Assembly: GCA_040954595.2 (NCBI GenBank)
Contig: CM082580.2
Span: 6,579,519-6,643,518, forward strand
Source of the DNA: Balanoglossus misakiensis
Lineage: Eukaryota; Animalia; Hemichordata
Length of the DNA: 64,000 nt
Reading direction: 5' to 3'
Shown here: one piece after another, positions 1-15,000 of the stretch
Layout: every line of letters starts with the position of its first letter
Position numbering within the stretch: position 1 is the first letter of the stretch
Made by a program: the position numbers and the translations under genes
The notes under the pieces: model-generated
Databases searched by the model: none
What the model was told of the DNA's origin: nothing
The model's input: the letters and a program-made list of their open reading frames with translations, nothing else

Positions 1-3000
1 ATTTTCATGAGCTATATAACCCATGGTTTTTATCAAAAAATGACCAAATTTTGAAATTTCGTTAAGTCGAAAAATTGACATTTCTGGATGATTTTCATGA
101 GCTATAACCCATGGTTTTTATCAAAAAATGAAGAAATTTTGAAATTTCGTTAAGTCTAAAAATTGACATTTCTGGATGATTTTCATGAGCTATAACCCAT
201 GGTTTTTATCAAAAAATGACCAAATTTTGAAATTTCGTTAAGTCGAAAAATTGACATTTCTGGATGATTTTCATGAGCTATAACCCATGGTTTTTATCAA
301 AAAATGACCAAATTTTGAAATTTCGTTAAGTCAAAAAATTGACATTTCTGGATGATTTTCATGAGCTATAACCCATGGTTTTTATCAAAAAATGACCAAA
401 TTTTGAAATTTCGCGAAGTCGAAAAATTGACATTTCTGGATGATTTTCATGACCTATAACCCATGGTTTTTATCAAAAAATGACCAAATTTTGAAATTTC
501 GCGAAGTCGAAAAATTGACATTTCTGGATGATTTTCATGAGCTATAACCCATGGTTTTTATCAAAAAATGACCAAATTTTGAAATTTCGTTAAGTCGAAA
601 AATTGACATTTCTGGATGATTTTCATGAGCTATAACCCATGGTTTTTATCAAAAAATGACCAAATTTTGAAATTTCGTTAAGTCGAAAAATTGACATTTC
701 TGGATGATTTTCATGAGCTATAACCCATGGTTTTTATCAAAAAATGACCAAATTTTGAAATTTCGTTAAGTCGAAAAATTGACATTTCTGGATGATTTTC
801 ATGAGCTATAACCCATGGTTTTTATCAAAAAATGACCAAATTTTGAAATTTCGTTAAGTCGAAAAATTGACATTTCTGGATGATTTTCATGAGCTATAAC
901 CCATGGTTTTTATCAAAAAATGACCAAATTTTGAAATTTCGTTAAGTCGAAAAATTGACATTTCTGGATGATTTTCATGAGCTATAACCCATGGTTTTTA
1001 TCAAAAAATGACCAAATTTTGAAATTTCGTTAAGTCGAAAAATTGACATTTCTGGATGATTTTCATGAGCTATAACCCATGGTTTTTATCAAAAAATGAC
1101 CAAATTTTGAAATTTCGTTAAGTCGAAAAATTGACATTTCTGGATAATTTTCATGAGCTATAACCCATGGTTTTTATCAAAAAATGACCAAATTTTGAAA
1201 TTTCGTTAAGTCGAAATATTGACATTTCTGGATGATTTTCATGAGCTATAACCCATGGTTTTTATCAAAAAATGACCAAATTTTGAAATTTCGTTAAGTC
1301 GAAAAATTGACATTTCTGGATGATTTTCATGAGCTATAACCCATGGTTTTTATCAAAAAATGACCAAATTTTGAAATTTCGCGAAGTCGAAAAATTGACA
1401 TTTCTGGATGATTTTCATGAGCTATAACCCATGGTTTTTATCAAAAAATGACCAAATTTTGAAATTTCGTTAAGTCGAAAAATTGACATTTCTGGATGAT
1501 TTTCATGAGCTATAACCCATGGTTTTTATCAAAAAATGACCAAATTTTGAAATTTCGTTAAGTCGAAAAATTGACATTTCTGGATGATTTTCATGAGCTA
1601 TAACCCATGGTTTTTATCAAAAAATGACCAAATTTTGAAATTTCGTTAAGTCGAAAAATTGACATTTCTGGATGATTTACATGAGCTATAACCCATGGTT
1701 TTTATCAAAAAATGACCAAATTTTGAAATTTCGTTAAGTCGAAAAATTGACATTTCTGGATGATTTTCATGAGCTATAACCCATGGTTTTTATCAAAAAA
1801 TGACCAAATTTTGAAATTTCGCGAAGTCGAAAAATTGACATTTCTGGATGATTTTCATGAGCTATAACCCATGGTTTTTATCAAAAAATGACCAAATTTT
1901 GAAATTTCGTTAAGTCGAAAAATTGACATTTCTGGATGATTTTCATGAGCTATAACCCATGGTTTTTATCAAAAATTGACGAAATTTTGAAATTTCGTTA
2001 AGTCGAAAAATTGACATTTCTGGATGATTTTCATGAGCTATAACCCATGGTTTTTATCAAAAAATGACCAAATTTTGAAATTTCGTTAAGTCGAAAAATT
2101 GACATTTCTGGATGATTTTCATGAGCTATAACCCATGGTTTTTATCAAAAAATGACCAAATTTTGAAATTACGTTAAGTCGAAAAATTGACATTTCTGGA
2201 TGATTTTCATGAGCTATAACCCATGGTTTTTATCAAAAAATGACCAAATTTTGAAATTTCGTTAAGTCGAAAAATTGACATTTCTGGATGATTTTCATGA
2301 GCTATAACCCATGGTTTTTATCAAAAAATGACCAAATTTTGAAATTTCGCGAAGTCGAAAAATTGACATTTCTGGATGATTTTCATGAGCTATAACCCAT
2401 GGTTTTTATCAAAAAATGACCAAATTTTGAAATTTCGTTAAGTCGAAAAATTGACATTTCTGGATGATTTTCATGAGCTATAACCCATGGTTTTTATCAA
2501 AAAATGACCAAATTTTGAAATTTCGCGAAGTCGAAAATTCGACATTTCTGGATGATTTTCATGAGCTATAACCCATGGTTTTTATCAAAAAATGACCAAA
2601 TTTTGAAATTTCGCGAAGTCGAAAAATTGACATTTCTGGATGATTTTCATGAGCTATAACCCATGGTTTTTATCAAAAAATGACCAAATTTTGAAATTTC
2701 GTTAAGTCGAAAAATTGACATTTCTGGATGATTTTCATGAGCTATAACCCATGGTTTTTATCAAAAAATGACCAAATTTTGAAATTTCGTTAAGTCGAAA
2801 AATTGACATTTCTGGATGATTTTCATGAGCTATAACCCATGGTTTTTATCAAAAAATGACCAAATTTTGAAATTTCGTTAAGTCGAAAAATTGACATTTC
2901 TGGATGATTTTCATGAGCTATAACCCATGGTTTTTATCAAAAAATGACCAAATTTTGAAATTTCGTTAAGTCGAAAAATTGACATTTCTGGATGATTTTC

Positions 3001-6000
3001 ATGAGCTATAACCCATGGTTTTTATCAAAAAATGACCAAATTTTGAAATTTCGTTAAGTCGAAAAATTGACATTTCTGGATGATTTTCATGAGCTATAAC
3101 CCATGGTTTTTATCAAAAAATGACCAAATTTTGAAATTTCGTTAAGTCGAAAAATTGACATTTCTGGATGATTTTCATGAGCTATAACCCATGGTTTTTA
3201 TCAAAAAATGACCAAATTTTGAAATTTCGTTAAGTCGAAAAATTGACATTTCTGGATGATTTTCATGAGCTATAACCCATGGTTTTTATCAAAAAATGAC
3301 CAAATTTTGAAATTTCGCGAAGTCGAAACTTCGACATTTCTGGATGATTTTCATGAGCTATAACCCATGGTTTTTATCAAAAAATGACCAAATTTTGAAA
3401 TTTCGCGAAGTCGAAAAATCGACATTTCTGGATGATTTTCATGAGCTATAACCCATGGTTTTTATCAAAAAAAGACCAAATTTTGAAATTTCGTTAAGTC
3501 GAAAAATTGACATTTCTGGATGATTTTCATGAGCTATAACCCATGGTTTTTATCAAAAAATGACCAAATTTTGAAATTTCGTTAAGTCGAAAAATTGACA
3601 TTTTTGGATGATTTTCATGAGCTATTACCCATGGTTTTTATCAAAAAATGACCAAATTTTGAAATTTCGTTAAGTCGAAAAATTGACATTTCTGGATGAT
3701 TTTCATGAGCTATAACCCATGGTTTTTATCAAAAAATGACCAAATTTTGAAATTTCGTTAAGTCGAAAAATTGACATTTCTGGATGATTTTCATGAGCTA
3801 TAACCCATGGTTTTTATCAAAAAATGACCAAATTTTGAAATTTCGTTAAGTCGAAAAATTGACATTTCTGGATGATTTTCATAAGCTATAACCCATGGTT
3901 TTTATCAAAAAATGACCAAATTTTGAAATTTCGTTAAGTCGAAAAATTGACATTTCTGGATGATTTTCATGAGCTATAACCCATGGTTTTTATCAAAAAA
4001 TGACCAAATTTTGAAATTTCGCGAAGTCGAAAATTCGACATTTCTGGATGATTTTCATGAGCTATAACCCATGGTTTTTATCAAAAAATGACCAAATTTT
4101 GAAATTTCGCGAAGTCGAAAAATTGACATTTCTGGATGATTTTCATGAGCTATAACCCATGGTTTTTATCAAAAAATGACCAAATTTTGAAATTTCGTTA
4201 AGTCGAAAAATTGACATTTCTGGATGATTTTCATGAGCTATAACCCATGGTTTTTATCAAAAATTGACCAAATTTTGAAATTTCGTTAAGTCGAAAAATT
4301 GACATTTCTGGATGATTTTCATGAGCTATAACCCATGGTTTTTATCAAAAAATGACCAAATTTTGAAATTTCGTTAAGTCGAAAAATTGACATTTCTGGA
4401 TGATTTTCATGAGCTATAACCCATGGTTTTTATCAAAAAATGACCAAATTTTGAAATTTCGTTAAGTCGAAAAATTGACATTTCTGGATGATTTTCATGA
4501 GCTATAACCCATGGTTTTTATCAAAAAATGACCAAATTTTGAAATTTCGTTAAGTCGAAAAATTGACATTTCTGGATGATTTTCATGAGCTATAACCCAT
4601 GGTTTTTATCAAAAAATGACCAAATTTTGAAATTTCGTTAAGTCGAAAAATTGACATTTCTGGATGATTTTCATGAGCTATAACCCATGGTTTTTATCAA
4701 AAAATGACCAAATTTTGAAATTTCGTTAAGTCGAAAAATTGACATTTCTGGATGATTTTCATGAGCTATAACCCATGGTTTTTATCAAAAAATGACCAAA
4801 TTTTGAAATTTCGTTAAGTCGAAAAATTGACATTTCTGGATGATTTTCATGAGCTATAACCCATGGTTTTTATCAAAAAATGACCAAATTTTGAAATTTC
4901 GTTAAGTCGAAAAATTGACATTTCTGGATGATTTTCATGAGCTATAACCCATGGTTTTTATCAAAAAATGACCAAATTTTGAAATTTCGTTAAGTCGAAA
5001 AATTGACATTTCTGGATGATTTTCATGAGCTATAACCCATGGTTTTTATCAAAAAATGACCAAATTTTGAAATTTCGTTAAGTCGAAAAATTGACATTTC
5101 TGGATGATTTTCATGAGCTATAACCCATGGTTTTTATCAAAAAATGACCAAATTTTGAAATTTCGTTAAGTCGAAAAATTGACATTTCTGGATGATTTTC
5201 ATGAGCTATAACCCATGGTTTTTATCAAAAAATGACCAAATTTTGAAATTTCGTTAAGTCGAAAAATTGACATTTCTGGATGATTTTCATGAGCTATAAC
5301 CCATGGTTTTTATCAAAAAATGACCAAATTTTGAAATTTCGTTAAGTCGAAAAATTGACATTTCTGGATGATTTTCATGAGCTATAACCCATGGTTTTTA
5401 TCAAAAAATGACCAAATTTTGAAATTTCGCGAAGTCGAAAATTCGACATTTCTGGATGATTTTCATGAGCTATAACCCATGGTTTTTATCAAAAAATGAC
5501 CAAATTTTGAAATTTCGTTAAGTCGAAAAATTGACATTTCTGGATGATTTTCATGAGCTATAACCCATGGTTTTTATCAAAAAATGACCAAATTTTGAAA
5601 TTTCGCGAAGTCGAAAAATTGACATTTCTGGATGATTTTCATGAGCTATAACCCATGGTTTTTATCAAAAAATGACCAAATTTTGAAATTTCGTTAAGTC
5701 GAAAAATTGACATTTCTGGATGATTTTCATGAGCTATAACCCATGGTTTTTATCAAAAAATGACCAAATTTTGAAATTTCGTTAAGTCGAAAAATTGACA
5801 TTTCTGGATGATTTTCATGAGCTATAACCCATGGTTTTTATCAAAAAATGACCAAATTTTGAAATTTCGTTAAGTCGAAAAATTGACATTTCTGGATGAT
5901 TTTCATGAGCTATAACCCATGGTTTTTATCAAAAAATGACCAAATTTTGAAATTTCGTTAAGTCGAAAAATTGACATTTCTGGATGATTTTCATGAGCTA

Positions 6001-9000
6001 TAACCCATGGTTTTTATCAAAAAATGACCAAATTTTGAAATTTCGTTAAGTCGAAAAATTGACATTTCTGGATGATTTTCATGAGCTATAACCCATGGTT
6101 TTTATCAAAAAATGACCAAATTTTGAAATTTCGTTAAGTCGAAAAATTGACATTTCTGGATGATTTTCATGAGCTATAACCCATGGTTTTTATCAAAAAA
6201 TGACCAAATTTTGAAATTTCGTTAAGTCGAAAAATTGACATTTCTGGATGATTTTCATGAGCTATAACCCATGGTTTTTATCAAAAAATGACCAAATTTT
6301 GAAATTTCGTTAAGTCGAAAAATTGACATTTCTGGATGATTTTCATGAGCTATAACCCATGGTTTTTATCAAAAAATGACCAAATTTTGAAATTTCGTTA
6401 AGTCGAAAAATTGACATTTCTGGATGATTTTCATGAGCTATATAACCCATGGTTTTTATCAAAAAATGACCAAATTTTGAAATTTCGTTAAGTCGAAAAA
6501 TTGACATTTCTGGATGATTTTCATGAGCTATAACCCATGGTTTTTATCAAAAAATGACCAAATTTTGAAATTTCGTTAAGTCGAAAAATTGACATTTCTG
6601 GATGATTTTCATGAGCTATAACCCATGGTTTTTATCAAAAAATGACCAAATTTTGAAATTTCGTTAAGTCGAAAAATTGACATTTCTGGATGATTTTCAT
6701 GAGCTATAACCCATGGTTTTTATCAAAAAATGACCAAATTTTGAAATTTCGTTAAGTCGAAAAATTGACATTTCTGGATGATTTTCATGAGCTATAACCC
6801 ATGGTTTTTATCAAAAAATGACCAAATTTTGAAATTTCGTTAAGTCGAAAAATTGACATTTCTGGATGATTTTCATGAGCTATAACCCATGGTTTTTATC
6901 AAAAAATGACCAAATTTTGAAATTTCGTTAAGTCGAAAAATTGACATTTCTGGATGATTTTCATGAGCTATAACCCATGGTTTTTATCAAAAAATGACCA
7001 AATTTTGAAATTTCGCGAAGTCGAAAATTCGACATTTCTGGATGATTTTCATGAGCTATAACCCATGGTTTTTATCAAAAAATGACCAAATTTTGAAATT
7101 TCGCGAAGTCGAAAAATTGACATTTGTGGATGATTTTCATGAGCTATAACCCATGGTTTTTATCAAAAAATGACCAAATTTTGAAATTTCGCGAAGTCGA
7201 AAAATTGACATTTCTGGATGATTTTCATGAGCTATAACCCATGGTTTTTATCAAAAAATGACCAAATTTTGAAATTTCGTTAAGCCGAAAAATTGACATT
7301 TCTGGATGATTTTCATGAGCTATAACCCATGGTTTTTATCAAAAAATGACCAAATTTTGAAATTTCGTTAAGTCGAAAAATTGACATTTCTGGATGATTT
7401 TCATGAGCTATAACCCATGGTTTTTATCAAAAAATGACCAAATTTTGAAATTTCGTTAAGTCGAAAAATTGACATTTCTGGATGATTTTCATGAGCTATA
7501 ACCCATGGTTTTTATCAAAAAATGACCAAATTTTGAAATTTCGTTAAGTCGAAAAATTGACATTTCTGGATGATTTTCATGAGCTATAACCCATGGTTTT
7601 TATCAAAAAATGACCAAATTTTGAAATTTCGTTAAGTCGAAAAATTGACATTTCTGGATGATTTTCATGAGCTATAACCCATGGTTTTTATCAAAAAATG
7701 ACCAAATTTTGAAATTTCGTTAAGTCGAAAAATTGACATTTCTGGATGATTTTCATGAGCTATAACCCATGGTTTTTATCAAAAAATGACCAAATTTTGA
7801 AATTTCGTTAAGTCGAAAAATTGACATTTCTGGATGATTTTCATGAGCCATAACCCATGGTTTTTATCAAAAAATGACCAAATTTTGAAATTTCGTTAAG
7901 TCGAAAAATTGACATTTCTGGATGATTTTCATGAGCTATAACCCATGGTTTTTATCAAAAAATGACCAAATTTTGAAATTTCGTTAAGTCGAAAAATTGA
8001 CATTTCTGGATGATTTTCATGAGCTATAACCCATGGTTTTTATCAAAAAATGACCAAATTTTGAAATTTCGTTAAGTCGAAAAATTGACATTTCTGGATG
8101 ATTTTCATGAGCTATAACCCATGGTTTTTATCAAAAAATGACCAAATTTTGAAATTTCGTTAAGTCGAAAAATTGACATTTCTGGATGATTTTCATGAGC
8201 TATAACCCATGGTTTTTATCAAAAAATGACCAAATTTTGAAATTTCGTTAAGTCGAAAAATTGACATTTCTGGATGATTTTCATGAGCTATAACCCATGG
8301 TTTTTATCAAAAAATGACCAAATTTTGAAATTTCGTTAAGTCGAAAAATTGACATTTCTGGATGATTTTCATGAGCTATAACCCATGGTTTTTATCAAAA
8401 AATGACCAAATTTTGAAATTTCGTTAAGTCGAAAAATTGACATTTCTGGATGATTTTCATGAGCTATAACCCATGGTTTTTATCAAAAAATGACCAAATT
8501 TTGAAATTTCGTTAAGTCGAAAAATTGACATTTCTGGATGATTTTCATGAGCTATATAACCCATGGTTTTTATCAAAAAATGACCAAATTTTGAAATTTC
8601 GTTAAGTCGAAAAATTGACATTTCTGGATGATTTTCATGAGCTATAACCCATGGTTTTTATCAAAAAATGACCAAATTTTGAAATTTCGTTAAGTCGAAA
8701 AATTGACATTTCTGGATGATTTTCATGAGCTATAACCCATGGTTTTTATCAAAAAATGACCAAATTTTGAAATTTCGTTAAGTCGAAAAATTGACATTTC
8801 TGGATGATTTTCATGAGCTATAACCCATGGTTTTTATCAAAAAATGACCAAATTTTGAAATTTCGTTAAGTCGAAAAATTGACATTTCTGGATGATTTTC
8901 ATGAGCTATAACCCATGGTTTTTATCAAAAAATGACCAAATTTTGAAATTTCGTTAAGTCGAAAAATTGACATTTCTGGATGATTTTCATGAGCTATAAC

Positions 9001-12000
9001 CCATGGTTTTTATCAAAAAATGACCAAATTTTGAAATTTCGTTAAGTCGAAAAATTGACATTTCTGGATGATTTTCATGAGCTATATAACCCATGGTTTT
9101 TATCAAAAAATGACCAAATTTTGAAATTTCGTTAAGTCGAAAAATTGACATTTCTGGATGATTTTCATGAGCTATAACCCATGGTTTTTATCAAAAAATG
9201 ACCAAATTTTGAAATTTCGTTAAGTCGAAAAATTGACATTTCTGGATGATTTTCATGAGCTATAACCCATGGTTTTTATCAAAAAATGACCAAATTTTGA
9301 AATTTCGTTAAGTCGAAAAATTGACATTTCTGGATGATTTTCATGAGCTATAACCCATGGTTTTTATCAAAAAATGACCAAATTTTGAAATTTCGTTAAG
9401 TCGAAAAATTGACATTTCTGGATGATTTTCATGAGCCATAACCCATGGTTTTTATCAAAAAATGACCAAATTTTGAAATTTCGTTAAGTCGGAAAATTGA
9501 CATTTCTGGATGATTTTCATGAGCCATAACCCATGGTTTTTATCAAAAAATGACCAAATTTTGAAATTTCGTTAAGTCGAAAAATTGACATTTCTGGATG
9601 ATTTTCATGAGCTATAACCCATGGTTTTTATCAAAAAATGACCAAATTTTGAAATTTCGTTAAGTCGAAAAATTGACATTTCTGGATGATTTTCATGAGC
9701 TATAACCCATGGTTTTTATCAAAAAATGACCAAATTTTGAAATTTCGTTAAGTCGAAAAATTGACATTTCTGGATGATTTTCATGAGCTATAACCCATGG
9801 TTTTTATCAAAAAATGACCAAATTTTGAAATTTCGTTAAGTCGAAAAATTGACATTTCTGGATGATTTTCATGAGCTATAACCCATGGTTTTTATCAAAA
9901 AATGACCAAATTTTGAAATTTCGTTAAGTCGAAAAATTGACATTTCTGGATGATTTTCATGAGCTATAACCCATGGTTTTTATCAAAAAATGACCAAATT
10001 TTGAAATTTCGTTAAGTCGAAAAATTGACATTTCTGGATGATTTTCATGAGCTATAACCCATGGTTTTTATCAAAAAATGACCAAATTTTGAAATTTCGT
10101 TAAGTCGAAAAATTGACATTTCTGGATGATTTTCATGAGCTATAACCCATGGTTTTTATCAAAAAATGACCAAATTTTGAAATTTCGTTAAGTCGAAAAA
10201 TTGACATTTCTGGATGATTTTCATGAGCTATAACCCATGGTTTTTATCAAAAAATGACCAAATTTTGAAATTTCGTTAAGTCGAAAAATTGACATTTCTG
10301 GATGATTTTCATGAGCTATAACCCATGGTTTTTATCAAAAAATGACCAAATTTTGAAATTTCGTTAAGTCGAAAAATTGACATTTCTGGATGATTTTCAT
10401 GAGCTATAACCCATGGTTTTTATCAAAAAATGACCAAATTTTGAAATTTCGTTAAGTCGGAAAATTGACATTTCTGGATGATTTTCATGAGCCATAACCC
10501 ATGGTTTTTATCAAAAAATGACCAAATTTTGAAATTTCGTTAAGTCGGAAAATTGACATTTCTGGATGATTTTCATGAGCTATAACCCATGGTTTTTATC
10601 AAAAAATGACCAAATTTTGAAATTTCGTTAAGTCGAAAAATTGACATTTCTGGATGATTTTCATGAGCTATAACCCATGGTTTTTATCAAAAAATGACCA
10701 AATTTTGAAATTTCGTTAAGTCGAAAAATTGACATTTCTGGATGATTTTCATGAGCTATAACCCATGGTTTTTATCAAAAAATGACCAAATTTTGAAATT
10801 TCGTTAAGTCGAAAAATTGACATTTCTGGATGATTTTCATGAGCTATAACCCATGGTTTTTATCAAAAAATGACCAAATTTTGAAATTTCGTTAAGTCGA
10901 AAAATTGACATTTCTGGATGATTTTCATGAGCTATAACCCATGGTTTTTATCAAAAAATGACCAAATTTTGAAATTTCGTTAAGTCGAAAAATTGACATT
11001 TCTGGATGATTTTCATGAGCTATAACCCATGGTTTTTATCAAAAAATGACCAAATTTTGAAATTTCGTTAAGTCGAAAAATTGACATTTCTGGATGATTT
11101 TCATGAGCTATAACCCATGGTTTTTATCAAAAAATGACCAAATTTTGAAATTTCGTTAAGTCGAAAAATTGACATTTCTGGATGATTTTCATGAGCTATA
11201 TAACCCATGGTTTTTATCAAAAAATGACCAAATTTTGAAATTTCGTTAAGTCGAAAAATTGACATTTCTGGATGATTTTCATGAGCTATAACCCATGGTT
11301 TTTATCAAAAAATGACCAAATTTTGAAATTTCGTTAAGTCGAAAAATTGACATTTCTGGATGATTTTCATGAGCTATAACCCATGGTTTTTATCAAAAAA
11401 TGACCAAATTTTGAAATTTCGTTAAGTCGAAAAATTGACATTTCTGGATGATTTTCATGAGCTATAACCCATGGTTTTTATCAAAAAATGACCAAATTTT
11501 GAAATTTCGTTAAGTCGAAAAATTGACATTTCTGGATGATTTTCATGAGCTATAACCCATGGTTTTTATCAAAAAATGACCAAATTTTGAAATTTCGCGA
11601 AGTCGAAAATTCGACATTTCTGGATGATTTTCATGAGCTATAACCCATGGTTTTTATCAAAAAATGACCAAATTTTGAAATTTCGCGAAGTCGAAAAATT
11701 GACATTTGTGGATGATTTTCATGAGCTATAACCCATGGTTTTTATCAAAAAATGACCAAATTTTGAAATTTCGCGAAGTCGAAAAATTGACATTTCTGGA
11801 TGATTTTCATGAGCTATAACCCATGGTTTTTATCAAAAAATGACCAAATTTTGAAATTTCGTTAAGTCGAAAAATTGACATTTCTGGATGATTTTCATGA
11901 GCTATAACCCATGGTTTTTATCAAAAAATGACCAAATTTTGAAATTTCGCGAAGTCGAAAAATTGACATTTCTGGATGATTTTCATGAGCTATAACCCAT

Positions 12001-15000
12001 GGTTTTTATCAAAAAATGACCAAATTTTGAAATTTCGCGAAGTCGAAAAATTGACATTTCTGGATGATTTTCATGAGCTATAACCCATGGTTTTTATCAA
12101 AAAATGACCAAATTTTGAAATTTCGCGAAGTCGAAAAATTGACATTTCTGGATGATTTTCATGAGCTATAACCCATGGTTTTTATCAAAAAATGACCAAA
12201 TTTTGAAATTTCGTTAAGTCGAAAAATTGACATTTCTGGATGATTTTCATGAGCTATAACCCATGGTTTTTATCAAAAATTGACCAAATTTTGAAATTTC
12301 GTTAAGTCGAAAAATTGACATTTCTGGATGATTTTCATGAGCTATAACCCATGGTTTTTATCAAAAAATGACCAAATTTTGAAATTTCGTTAAGTCGAAA
12401 AATTGACATTTCTGGATGATTTTCATGAGCTATAACCCATGGTTTTTATCAAAAAATGACCAAATTTTGAAATTTCGTTAAGTCGAAAAATTGACATTTC
12501 TGGATGATTTTCATGAGCTATAACCCATGGTTTTTATCAAAAAATGACCAAATTTTGAAATTTCGTTAAGTCGAAAAATTGACATTTCTGGATGATTTTC
12601 ATGAGCTATAACCCATGGTTTTTATCAAAAAATGACCAAATTTTGAAATTTCGTTAAGTCGAAAAATTGACATTTCTGGATGATTTTCATGAGCTATAAC
12701 CCATGGTTTTTATCAAAAAATGACCAAATTTTGAAATTTCGTTAAGTCGAAAAATTGACATTTCTGGATGATTTTCATGAGCTATAACCCATGGTTTTTA
12801 TCAAAAAATGACCAAATTTTGAAATTTCGTTAAGTCGAAAAATTGACATTTCTGGATGATTTTCATGAGCTATAACCCATGGTTTTTATCAAAAAATGAC
12901 CAAATTTTGAAATTTCGTTAAGTCGAAAAATTGACATTTCTGGATGATTTTCATGAGCTATAACCCATGGTTTTTATCAAAAAATGACCAAATTTTGAAA
13001 TTTCGTTAAGTCGAAAAATTGACATTTCTGGATGATTTTCATGAGCTATAACCCATAGTTTTTATCAAAAAATGACCAAATTTTGAAATTTCGTTAAGTC
13101 GAAAAATTGACATTTCTGGATGATTTTCATGAGCTATAACCCATGGTTTTTATCAAAAAATGACCAAATTTTGAAATTTCGTTAAGTCGAAAAATTGACA
13201 TTTCTGGATGATTTTCATGAGCTATAACCCATGGTTTTTATCAAAAAATGACCAAATTTTGAAATTTCGTTAAGTCGAAAAATTGACATTTCTGGATGAT
13301 TTTCATGAGCTATAACCCATGGTTTTTATCAAAAAATGACCAAATTTTGAAATTTCGTTAAGTCGAAAAATTGACATTTCTGGATGATTTTCATGAGCTA
13401 TAACCCATGGTTTTTATCAAAAAATGACCAAATTTTGAAATTTCGTTAAGTCGAAAAATTGACATTTCTGGATGATTTTCATGAGCTATAACCCATGGTT
13501 TTTATCAAAAAATGACCAAATTTTGAAATTTCGTTAAGTCGAAAAATTGACATTTCTGGATGATTTTCATGAGCTATAACCCATAGTTTTTATCAAAAAA
13601 TGACCAAATTTTGAAATTTCGTTAAGTCGAAAAATTGACATTTCTGGATGATTTTCATGAGCTATAACCCATGGTTTTTATCAAAAAATGACCAAATTTT
13701 GAAATTTCGTTAAGTCGAAAAATTGACATTTCTGGATGATTTTCATGAGCTATAACCCATGGTTTTTATCAAAAAATGACCAAATTTTGAAATTTCGTTA
13801 AGTCGAAAAATTGACATTTCTGGATGATTTTCATGAGCTATAACCCATGGTTTTTATCAAAAAATGACCAAATTTTGAAATTTCGCGAAGTCGAAAAATT
13901 GACATTTCTGGATGATTTTCATGAGCTATAACCCATGGTTTTTATCAAAAAATGACCAAATTTTGAAATTTCGTTAAGTCGAAAAATTCACATTTCTGGA
14001 TGATTTTCATGAGCTATAACCCATGGTTTTTATCAAAAAATGACCAAATTTTGAAATTTCGTTAAGTCGAAAAATTGACATTTCTGGATGATTTTCATGA
14101 GCTATAACCCATGGTTTTTATCAAAAAATGACCAAATTTTGAAATTTCGTTAAGTCGAAAAATTGACATTTCTGGATGATTTTCATGAGCTATAACCCAT
14201 AGTTTTTATCAAAAAATGACCAAATTTTGAAATTTCGTTAAGTCGAAAAATTGACATTTCTGGATGATTTTCATGAGCTATAACCCATGGTTTTTATCAA
14301 AAAATGACCAAATTTTGAAATTTCGTTAAGTCGAAAAATTGACATTTCGGGATGATTTTCATGAGCTATAACCCATGGTTTTTATCAAAAAATGACAAAA
14401 TTTTGAAATTTCGTTAAGTCGAAAAATTGACATTTCTGGATGATTTTCATGAGCCATAACCCATGGTTTTTATCAAAAAATGACCAAATTTTGAAATTTC
14501 GTTAAGTCGAAAAATTGACATTTCTGGATGATTTTCATGAGCTATAACCCATGGTTTTTATCAAAAAATGACCAAATTTTGAAATTTCGTTAAGTCGAAA
14601 AATTGACATTTCTGGATGATTTTCATGAGCTATAACCCATGGTTTTTATCAAAAAATGACCAAATTTTGAAATTTCGTTAAGTCGAAAAATTGACATTTC
14701 TGGATGATTTTCATGAGCTATAACCCATGGTTTTTATCAAAAAATGACCAAATTTTGAAATTTCGTTAAGTCGAAAAATTGACATTTCTGGATGATTTTC
14801 ATGAGCTATAACCCATGGTTTTTATCAAAAAATGACCAAATTTTGAAATTTCGTTAAGTCGAAAAATTGACATTTCTGGATGATTTTCATGAGCTATAAC
14901 CCATGGTTTTTATCAAAAAATGACCAAATTTTGAAATTTCGTTAAGTCGAAAAATTGACATTTCTGGATGATTTTCATGAGCTATAACCCATGGTTTTTA

